Source of the DNA: Chrysomallon squamiferum
Taxonomy: Eukaryota > Animalia > Mollusca
DNA length: 64,000 nucleotides
NCBI GenBank assembly: GCA_012295275.1
Contig: CM022671.1
Coordinates: 11,842,001-11,906,000, forward strand
Direction of reading: 5' to 3'
Each line of letters begins with the position of its first letter. Within the stretch, counting starts at the first letter, position 1. Shown here one piece after another: positions 24,001 through 36,000 of the stretch. The notes under the pieces are model-generated. The model was not told the origin of the DNA and made no database searches. It saw only the letters and a program-made list of their open reading frames with translations. Both the position numbers and the translations under genes were made by a program.

Positions 24001-27000
24001 GCATCACACCAGAATGGTGCTGCTGTTTTGCTCTCATCCTGTGATTGTGAAACCAGTTTATCACTGTTTTAACACCAACATTTAGATCATTAGCGAGAGC
24101 TTCAATTGTACTTTGACTTGGATAGGGATCCTCCGAATAGGCCACTCTGAGAGCATCTTTCTGCTCCTCAGTGAAGAAAACACGTGGTCGTTTTGCATGA
24201 CCTGGTGAATCATAATAGCGATCCTCCATGCTGTTTTTCCGACGTCGATGAGCTGAAAAACACAAACAGTTGATAAGAAAAAAACAATATATAGTATTAT
24301 TAATTTTTATTTGATATTTATTGTGCTACATATTTTTGGTATAATGGTACATTTGAAATATATTTCTAAATGAAACTTTTTAATATAAAGATACTATAAT
24401 CATATTCTCTGTAAACATATATTGAATTTAATATAGGCTATAGTATATGATGAACTTAATCTTTGTTTATATATAATAAAATATATTTTTTTACATAATA
24501 TTTTATAAAACATTTTTTCCTTTCTTTTTAAAGAGGAATGACGAAACAATGAAAGGAGGAAAGAAAGGAGAGTCAAAAAGAATGTTAAATACAATAAATA
24601 AAACTTTCTAATAAATGCTCAGTGCTTTAATAGAAAATTTTCAAATTTATTATTATTATTATTTTACTGCAAAATTGTATGAAGCAAATGAAAAATTCTC
24701 AGACACATTTTGAAATAATAATTATTTATTTGTTTTACCCCAAATGAAAACAGAATGACAATGAAATAATGTAATGAAAAGTAGCAAGTCAAAACTTAGA
24801 TTTTTGATATTCAGTCAACAAAATCCTGAGATAGTTCTCGTTTCATAGTAAAATTTTATATATATTTATATGTGTGATGTCTGAATTAAAATACATATAT
24901 ATATATATATATATCTGCAATAATAATAATAATTATTATTAAAACAAATGTAAGCTATGCCTAAATATTTCATTTTTTTAAATTTATTAATATGTCATGT
25001 TACTATTTTGATTTAAATATTTTAATTTCCTTCTTGTTAAGTATTTTTTTTTTTAAATAATTGCCCATAATATAATATTTTTTTTTTTTTTTAAAAACAA
25101 CAGAAAAAAAGAAACTTGCTGAAAATAGATATAAATGTGATTACTGTAAATTTTAAACATGTTGTAATATACATTATGGTTCTGCCACATGAAGTCAGTA
25201 AATATATTTTGCACTGAATAATAATTTTCAGTAATATGAAAATATGCTAGTTAGCTGGTAACAGAGAAGAGACAATGTAATAAAGATTAAAATCACTGGC
25301 TTTATTCTGAAACAAAGCTAAGGCAAGCAAGGGTTGCAGAATAGGTTAGCAGCTGTTTATATCAAGCCCAGGATAAAAGAATGAACATTTTATTTTATTT
25401 ATACAATGTCTTCTCTTATTTTTATTGAGGAAAATATAATGATTTGAATGTACCCATACAGCAGAGAGCAACACATATTTTTTTTAAATAATGATTCTGA
25501 TGTATTTTTTTAAGGTATTTGTATATAAAATAACTTTAAACAAACAACAACCAAAAAACAACAACTCAATATCACTGTATGAGAAGAGACTATTATCAAC
25601 AGAAAAAAAAAAAAAAAAAGGAAACACAAAAATACAAAAACTGAAAATCTGTATTTTAACTTAATATTCTACAGATGATGCAAATTAAAAATCTCAAGAC
25701 ACTAATCATGTGTGTGTGCATGTGTGTGTATAGGTGTTTATGTCTATTCAAAAATTGTACTGATAATTTTTTTTTTTTTTTTTTTTTTTCAATGTGGTAT
25801 GTGCACTGGTGACCTAATGTATTTATTATGACAAAGAAAATATCCTAGATTATTTCAATTTGTTTTTTTAATTCTTCTTAATTATTATTTTTTAAAATAT
25901 GATTTATTTATTTAAATTATTTTAAATCAAAATAATGAAATTTAAAAGCATAATAACTATTTCCTTCAAAGAAATCTTGAATGAAATGGCTCTTTGGATC
26001 TTTAAAAATGGCTACTTAAAAGTTACAGATTGTTTTTAATTGTTAATGCACCATGACTGTGACTTTGGTCGCATAAAATGTTCAGTAAGTTTTTAATAAA
26101 TTAAAAAAGCAGTTAATTTTTAAATTATATATTTAAAAAATGGTCTTCAAACTAATGCAGAATATTCAATTAGAAAAAAAAAAATCCAAGAACAAATGAT
26201 CATGTAAACAAAGAAAAATATAACTAACATTTTCTCTGAAGCATGCAAAATGCCAATTGTTGACAGTCTAGGATTATATATTTGTTAATATTTAACTGAT
26301 TATTTTATGTTATAACAATGATATAATACATTAGGAGAGACTTAGTAATTAAGAGCAGCATGGACTAAAATTTTAAATGATTCTCTTTTGCCATGCAGCA
26401 TGCATCTCCCAGTCACAACAGACATTTTACCACCATTGCTGATCATCAGGGAAGTCACTCACATCGTTGTATCTCTATAAACATGTTGTCCACCTCAAGC
26501 TATTAGAGTCTTTTAATGACATAGAGGAGGAGGTGAAAGGGTTATTTCACAAATTGTTGCAAGCACAGGATTAATTCTGTTTAAATAGGTTTATGTTGAT
26601 AATACATGTAGCAGATGAATAACCCGCAACCAGGGAAACATTTTTTTTTAAACTATAAAATCCCAAAATTGATAAATTTTCATTTTATTTTATTTAACTT
26701 TTTAAGAATGTATTTGTTAAAAAAAATTACAAAGTTACATTATTAACATAATCTGATAAAAAAAATTATTTAATTTATTCTGAAGAAGAAGAATTAGCTA
26801 ATGAAATGAAAGTTTTATCTTTTTAAATGTATTGCTGTTTAACAAATTCTTTATAATTTAATAGTTTTTATTTTATAGACTATTCAAGTGCTATAAAACC
26901 TTTATTTTATTTATTTATTTTTGATCAAACTTAAAAACATGTATATGATCAAATAAATTTTTTTTAAATTTATATCAGAAATGTTTTATAAATGTTTTTA

Positions 27001-30000
27001 AACAATCTAATTAATATCTTATTTCATTTTTATTTCATTATTTCCCCATTATTTATTTTACTTTTAGTGTATAAAAATAATTTTTTTAATTTTTTAATTT
27101 TTAATTTTATTTATTTATTTTTGGCTTTTTAATTTTTGATTAAAATTTTGATGTTTATATATTTTTTTGAGTACATGTTTCCCTTATAATTGATTAGGAT
27201 GATGCATTCCTGCTATTAATTATGAGAATATTATGTGATTACACAGCTTGCATAGAATTTGTATGAAGACATACCTTTCATCTGACTTTGGTAATGTTTT
27301 AGTCTCTCAATACTCTGCGGATCTTGTAACCACAGGTGCATTTTGATAAAGGGTTCTCTCCCTTTGATACTGAGCATATGCCAAGGTTTTGGCTTTGAGA
27401 GAAGCTCACTGACTGAGCCCTGCGAAAGCCCCAATACGGCTTCGCCAAACAGTTTCTGACCCAAGTTGTGAAACTGCAATACATCCTTGACCCTTGAAGT
27501 CAAACCAAGGGTGTTTATTTCAGAGGTCATGGCAAACATTTCAAGAGTTGAAGTGGGAAATGCAAAGCCACCAGGCCAGTTGCGTTGAGAGTCATGTGAA
27601 AAAATTTCACTTGGGGAAACAACTGCAGTGGCCACTGCAGGCACACTGTTTGCAGGTGATAAGTGGTTACCATGGTTACAAGGTTTGCTCTTGTCACAGG
27701 GAGGCTCTACAGAAAACAAATGGGAAGAGGAAACTAGAGAAGTGAGGCACAACAAAAGAGGGTGGGGAAGAGAAAAAAATAGAAAAGTGTCTAAAAAATA
27801 ATAAAACCAAACTTTCTACAAAATGCAAACTAGTGGGTAATCTGTTCATTAAATAATACATTAAACTAAGCAGATTCAGCCAGATGGTCAAAGATGGATG
27901 GGCAGGAAGGTGTCAAAAAGTTCTTCTATAAAAATAAGTACTACTAAATCTACCACAAACATGTTTTTTTAAATAATAAAATAAAAATAATAACACTTTT
28001 TAAGAATCTGAAATCTAAAGAAATCGAATTACCTGGATATCTTATATATATAGATAGCAATTAAACACAATTATTATTAAATATTAAGTTGAATCCATTG
28101 AATTGTATAGAAAGAATTTTTTTTAAAGTAAATAAACATATATTAACATACCTGTAATTGAAACATTAGTTTCAGAGCCTGAAATGCCTCGAAGCAACAT
28201 GTCAGGAGGAATCTTATACTGAGAGGCCACAAGCTTGGGGATCGCTTCAGCATCTTCTAAAAATAGCTGCATTCGAATGAATGGTTCCCTGCCTTTTTGA
28301 GTTAACATGTGCCATGGCTTTGGGCGAGCAAGCAAGTCACTGACACTACCCTGTGATAAACCTAGCACATTCTCTCCAAACAATCTCTGACTGATTGAGT
28401 ACTGGCTCAGAGTTTCCTTCACTTTCTTCACAAGATCATCAGTGTTTACATTGGAATATTCATCAAACTGTTCCTGGGTTATGGGAGGCAAGACGGCACG
28501 CAATGGCTTGGAGGCTGCTACATTTAGGTGAGGTCTTGAGCTGAGAGAGTTTGCAATATTCTGCATTCTTTGTAGTGGAGAAAGACCATCGAGGGTCGCG
28601 GCAAATTGTGTCGGAAACTGACCGTTTTCAAAACTGTCATGTCCGTTAATACGCGGGTGAACAAGGAAAAAGGCACTTCCAGCTTGACGACCTGCATCTT
28701 TAGCTTCTGCAGACTTGGGTGAAGTTGGAGCTGAGGAGCTATGAGGCTTGCTTAAATCTATTGGTCCATTGTTATTGTTATTGTTGATGCTGCTGCTACT
28801 AGGAGACCGGGTATCATCAGAGGTACTGTCAGGTGGTTCTGATTTAATTGAGACTCCATTCTGTAACCTATGAGGTCCACCAAAATGGAATTCATGGTTA
28901 TTAAGACTCTGCTTGAACTGATTGTGGTAAGTGATACGAGCCAGTTCTTGCTGGTACATGGTGCTGGCTGCAATATTTCCAGCACTTTCTGCTGCTTTGG
29001 CCAGCTTCTCAAGCTCCTGGCGATAAATCCTGGCCACCATGTCTTGAGCAGATGCTTCACTTTCCTGTGAGCTGACAGAGTTTCGAGATTGTCTGCTGTC
29101 ATCAGTTGTGCGTCGTCTTGGAGTCTCCCGGACAGGCACGCCAGCTGAAAGAGCTGTAGGTACTATGTTCTGAGGAAGTGGGCTAGAACCCACCATTTTG
29201 GAAACTTCCTGTTGGTAAATGCTTGATACCACAGCATTTGCAACTTGTTGCTGAAAAAATTAAATTACTTAAAAAATAATTTAAGAAAAATAATCTCTTA
29301 AATTTCTTAAACTGTTTTTATTCCAAGCTTCTGAAATATTCGTATGTAAAAATATGTTCAGTCTTTTATTTTCAATTTAAAATATTTATTATATTAAATA
29401 GATGTATTTGATTTGAAGATTACAGAAGTTTAATTCAAACTATTATATTTATAATGAGAGAAATCAACTTTTAAGTCAATTTTTGAACTGTATATTATGA
29501 ACTGGATACTATATCACATGTAAGTAACTAAAATATATTTGGAACATAGAATACTTTAGATAAAAGTAGAAAAATGATATTTACATTGCATACCTGTTCC
29601 ATGTTCTTCTTCACTTGCATTGCTTGCTGTGCATCATTGAGTATCTGAGCTATTCGTTCCTCTGTTGCTGAGTCCTCTGATTTCACAGTGGAAACCAGGG
29701 GCTGTGTGCCTACAGCATTAAACAGTAACAAAGTTAGTAATTTAACTCTACTGAACAGTAGTAAAGCAAAAATAAATATCTTTGTAAAAAAAACCTTAAA
29801 TAAATAAGATTTTAAATTTCGTAACAAATAATATTTTGCAAAATTAAAACCAAAATATTTGTTTGTCATTCATTACAATTAGGATTTTATGCTTAATAAT
29901 CCGTGAAATTACAAATTTAAGTTCAAACACTTTTAAGACTTCCACCACCAAGCATGCACATGCAGAGAAAGAAAAATTCAACTTACAGTTCTTACCTTTC

Positions 30001-33000
30001 TTTGGTGAGATTGCCTTCAATGCCAAAATATTGCGGTCTTCATTTGCCCAGGCAAACATTTTGCGATAGGACTCTCGTCCCTTTTCTGTTAATTTATCCC
30101 ACGTCTTTGGTTTTGATAAAAGTTCACTGACGGTGCCTTGAGAAAGCCCGAGCACATGCTTTGCAAAAAGTCTTTGGCCTATGTTGTGAATGCTGAGCAA
30201 TTCTCGCACAGTTTTTGCCACCATGGATGTGTCCAGTCCTCCTGAACTGTCTGATTTTGAAGTCATATTCACTGGCATAAAACCCTGTGGGATGTGACAG
30301 TTTGGAAAAGAAAAGACTGGCGGTGGGGGCATGAAGTGGGGAGTGTCTGATCTGCTAATAGAATGCACATAACTGACAGGTGGAGTGTCAGGCGGCAGAC
30401 CACTAGCCGATGGTGAAGATTCTATAGATTCTGAAGGATTCCTTGATGGAGGGTTTGAATTTTGATAAGACTGTGCGATTTCTTCTCCGAGAACTGTGGC
30501 AAAACCATCTGCTGATTGTTGTGATGTTGATGGCGAAGACGACATTTTAGGTGTCTCAGTCCCTGCAAGAAAGGTGTGAAATGCTCATGACACTGCCAAC
30601 TTGTTGTCAAGAAAGACTTTTTTAAAAAGAGTTTCGCATGCAAAAGTAATGGGCAAATTATGAAGCTGTTAACTGTAGTTACATTTTCATGAAAATTATT
30701 AACGTTATTTAGCATCAAGTTATGAAGAGCTTTAATTGATCTGTAGCCTTCTGAAAGGTTGACATTTACCAGTAATTTTATAATCATACAGAATATCTGG
30801 TGGGACAGGATGCCTGGATTCCAATTTTTGTTTTCTTTTTTCCTAACTTCTTTTAACTGAATTTTAATCTTTATTTATTTATTGTTTTTGAATTTATAGT
30901 TTTATTTTTATAGTTTTGTTTTTGTTGATTGCTAAAAAAAAACATTTTGTATGACTATAAAAATAGTGACATTATTAACAATTTTGAATAAACAAATTAC
31001 TTTCACATTAAGATTTTTGAGCATTTCAGTTATTAATTTTTATTTGTATAACGTGCACTGCACACCTTTCTTGGTTTTAGGACATGAAACAAAACGTATT
31101 TGAAAAATAAAATAACAAAATGAAATACTATTTCTACATGAACTGTTTTAATTTCATGAAAATGAAACTACACTAGCTAACTCATTTTTTAAACTCAGTA
31201 TGAGGGATTAAAATTCTCATAATGAGGAATCATGTTAAACTCAGTGGTAAATGTAATACAAACACACAATACTTGTAAATACAAATCTCTGATATATTAT
31301 AAAAATCAAAGTCCCACAGTTAGAAGAAAAATATTTTGCATGAAAGAAGAGATATTTGAAGGTAGAAAAAAAAAAAAAAAAAAACATAAAAAACAATTAA
31401 ATTGCAGCAAAACTAAAAGAAGTTAATGTTGTTTGTGATTTGTGATAACAGTTTTCACACAATGTACTATGTGGAGATATATAATGTGCAATATAAAAAC
31501 ATATTTATGAAGTGAATAATAAAAACCTTTTTTTCATGACAATACCAAAACAATGACTTTACACAACAAACAATATTTTTTGAACACAACAACAAAGGAA
31601 AACTGATAACAACTCAAAACTGTACACTAGTAAAGAGTGTGTAACAATGTGACGTCTACTGACTGATTCACTCTATAATAATGACACTACACAATCAATC
31701 ATGTAGGATCAAACATAAGCAAAAATGTCCAGTTCTTGAGACACTGAAATATAAATCATTTCAGAAAACTGCTACATTCCACACTTGCTAAATCATTAAA
31801 CCAGAGCTGTAATAAAGAGCAAGTGATGTAAAATGACAGATCTAAGCAGCTCACTGCTAGGGTTAATGCAAAAACACGATTAACATGAATATTTCATGTT
31901 TTACAAATGATCATGTTTTTTACATTAAAATAAACCATGAACAAAAAAATTGGGATATGATAGCCATACATTAAAAAGACTACGCACATTTTTACATTAA
32001 TCAATTGATGTAAGTCAATGAAAGGCTTACCTGTAATGTCACTGTTGGTCACTTTGAGCTGTGTGTTCTCTGTCTGCAGAGCTTTGTTTTTCTCCAGTAA
32101 CAATGTCTCCAGTGATTTGGACTTCTGATCTTCATCATTGCTGATGCCAGAAAACTCAACCGATTTCATAATGCTGTAATAAAGTAAACCCTTTTATTAC
32201 ACACATACTAAAATCTTCACCACAAACTGCCAGCTATTATTTTGTTTTACTTTTAGCAATGACAAGACTGCTAGGTGACAAACATCCACTTTACAAAATA
32301 CACATTTGTTTTCTGTTTATTCCAAATATGACTGATCAGCTTCACTATGTCTGAATTTTTACAACCTCTCATGTGACAAGATAAATGTGATATCTGTATT
32401 TTTTCTCACATTTTTAGTGCAACATCTGTTAGAAACAACCAAAATTTCCATAATCAATTATGATTTTTTTTTTACTGTCACCTTCTTTCAAATGTTTTCA
32501 GGGAACAAATTAAACATTTCAATTAATTAAAATATTTGAACTCAAATGAAATATAACATAGTGTTTTTATACAAGAAAAATTAACCAATATATAGAAAGA
32601 TATAGATAGATAGACAGATAGATAGACAGATAGATAGACAGGTAGATATAGACAGATATAGTTATAGATACACTAATGTATTTTTAAATCAGAATTCCCC
32701 AAAACAACCAATAAGTAAAAACAAAAGAAAAAAGTGAGCTACTTTAATTCTCTCTTGATCTCTTCATAGTCTTCTTGAGTTCGCAGTTTTTCCTCCAACA
32801 ATCTAAATGCAGTGTTTTTAGAAGAAATCTCTTCTTCAAGTTTCGAAATCTGAAAATAAAGAAAAGAAAGAATTGTAAAAAGAAATTTTATTTCCATAGA
32901 GAATAATAATTTTAATAAATGTCAATATTCTACACTGATAACACTGAACTAATATTTTTTTTATTCCCTATTAACTTAAAAAAAACAACAAAAAAAAACC

Positions 33001-36000
33001 ATTAATAGAAATAAAAAATAATTATAAAATCCTATTCCATAATCTATTTAGGTGTTAAAAGTCACTAGACACAAATTACCCCAAAAAGATTATGTGAGTT
33101 TAGACATTTTTTATTATACATTTATTTTTTCTTTATTTTTTCTTGTATACTTATAATAAAACAAAAGTGTTGAATTACAATAGAAAATGAAAGATAAAAA
33201 ATTATTCTAATTAACTAAATAACAAAATAACAATGCAATAATTTTAAGAATAAAAGAATCTGGAAAAAAAAAAAAAAAAAGGAAGAGCGTGGGCTAGATA
33301 TAAAAGAAATAACTCAAAAGTAAAACATTAAATCAGGGCATTAAAATGAGAAGAAAATACTAATGTGACAACTGTATATTTTTATATTGTTACTATTAAT
33401 AAAATAGAAGAAAAAAAATAGTAAAAAAACTAAATAACAAAATGTTATAGATGTCGTCAGATTGTTTACCTGCAAGCTTGTAGATTCACGCAATTTTGTG
33501 AGAGAAGCTTGAAGTCTCTGGACATCTTCCACAAGCTGGGAAATCTGTAACAGACCACAGAGTTTCATTGTAAGAATTATTTTTGTTAACTGAAACAAAA
33601 TCGGGTTTCCTCATTCCTTTCTATCAGCTTTCCTAAGATACTTCCACAACAGCAGGTGATGAATTTTCATGAAGTTATATCTTCAAGCACTGGGCAGTCA
33701 TTTGTTACAGAGAAAGTTTTTCTCATAATAAAAATTATGAATATGACATAATTAAGACTTAATTAGCCAATATTAAGGCTTTAACCACATTTTTCTCAAA
33801 ATTTTCTGAAACCTGTTACAGGAATAGCAGCATCTTATGGGTAGTTACTGTTTTTCAAAAGAGTCTTGTTAACAACAGGGAATGAAAAAACTGCTATTTA
33901 TGTTTACTAATAAAACTAATATTCCAGTCCAAGTAAAACAGTCTATAAAAGTCTATAAAAGCCCAATTAAAGACCACTGTGATAAAACAATGACCAATCT
34001 GTAAGAAACATTGTAAGAAGGAAAAGACAATAAGACGAATGATACTGAAGTGACTACATCAATACTGTAAATAATGGGACAGAACAGTCATGAAACAGAT
34101 CAATCACTCTAATCAATCAATCATCAAACTGTCAATCAATCAAAAAATATGTCACAAAACTTGGTATCTATCATCTTTGCAAATCCAACTGTGAACTGGT
34201 TGCCATGGCAATGCTTGACAAAATCCATTTGGCGATCAATAAAAATGCCTAATCAATCAGCCAATGTATCATTGTCTGGCAGAAATTGATCTATGTTTTG
34301 GAGATAAAAAGAAGAATCTGTTTTGTGTTGGAAATCAACAGTAAGAAAAGGGTCAGTTTCATCAAACTGACAATCATGGCCTGAAAACAAATTTCTTCAT
34401 TACTTCTTTTATAGGAAATCACTAAATAAACTTGTATCTTGTATTTCTTCTCCACTTATTTCATCACATATTTCCTGTTTAATAAATTTTTTTAGTGTTG
34501 TTGTTGTTGTTTTTTTCACAGTTATATTGGATTTTCTTAATAAATAAAAAAAAGAGACCTTTTTATCACCAAAAAGAATGTTGCATTTTTATTGTTTTCT
34601 AAATGAATAGGACATATTGATATAAAATAAAATTTAAAAAAATATATATTATAAAAACATCACAGCATTCAACAAAGATCAAAAATCACCATGTGAACTC
34701 TCGGTTTATTTTAAATATTAAATATTTTATTTCTCACATATGATAATGTCAAAACTGTCATTAAAAAAATCCAAATGTCTGGAAACAGTCAGAGTAGTAA
34801 TTTAAAAATTCACAAGCTGACTGAATAATCAATATTTATGGATAGTAATTAACTGAACATGTGAATAATTACATATTTCTTGTGGTCATTCAGCATGGCA
34901 GGAACAGCTGAATTTCATTTATTATATTACAGATATCAATCCATATAAGATAGAGAAACCAATCAATAATGTAACAGCTCACTGATAGAATATATATATA
35001 TATATGTGTGGGGAATAAACTGGATTTAATTACTCATATGTATATTTCATTTTCTATCAGTATGAAGCAATGCAAATCAATACAGCCTGGTGCTGCTTCA
35101 TTGATTATTTCTTCAATATGACTAACAGTGTTCCAAAATCTATGAAGCAGGATCATGCAGATCAATGCCAGCTGTTGCAATAGTTATAATTGAACATCCA
35201 TCCATGATCATTATTAACAGAAAAACCATCTAATCAGCAAAGTTGTTGCCATATTTTTCATACAGAACAAAAGATGTACTTGAACTTTGTTTGTATCTGT
35301 ACCAACAAACCAAACAGAAAATGTGTGAACAACTCTGCTTGAAACTTGAGTGTATCCAGTTAGTTAAAGCAAAAGATTTTGAAATATATGAACAGCAAAT
35401 AGTATTGTATAACATATATATACAAAAAATAAGCTTTAAAATTAAATTCAGCTTCTACCAAAACATGAAAATCCATCACAAAACATGAGCTTCCACATTC
35501 TACTTTGTGGTTTTCATGAAGTCAAATCAAGATTGATGCTCTACTTTCCTTAAGTTAAAAATTGTGATCAAAGTTTCAATTTTTATATTTCTAAATTTTG
35601 TAAATATAAAGTTAATTTTAAGTTTAAAAAGTACACAGTTAAAATGTGCTTACTACATGCTTGCTTTAAACAATATTTAATTAAAATTACTGACCCAAAA
35701 TAAATAAGCATTATGCCTACATAGTACATAACATAAATTTAATTATAAATCTTAAAATACCCAAAATCTTTTTTTTTTAAATTATTCCTTTATCGTAAAG
35801 AACATATTCTCTTTGAATTTAGGAATGCTTTCCACACCTTTACAAAATATCTGATTTATTTTATTTGTAATAAAATCAAAAGAGCAAAGATTTCTACAAA
35901 TTGTATATTACAACTACCTCTTTAATGGAGAACTGAGTTAATGAATAATGAATTTGGATAAAGATTCCACTAATCAATAGAACATTTTATGAAAAAATTC

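Noticed and set aside
27666-27679. X-box-like GTTACCATGGTTAC
   Set aside because: Lies within a CUX coding exon and is explainable by codons; no independent support
30545-32030. Independent short CUX gene starting at ATG 30545 from an intronic promoter
   Set aside because: A good in-frame acceptor at 30562 links it to the shared exons and I see no promoter evidence; cannot be excluded without TSS data
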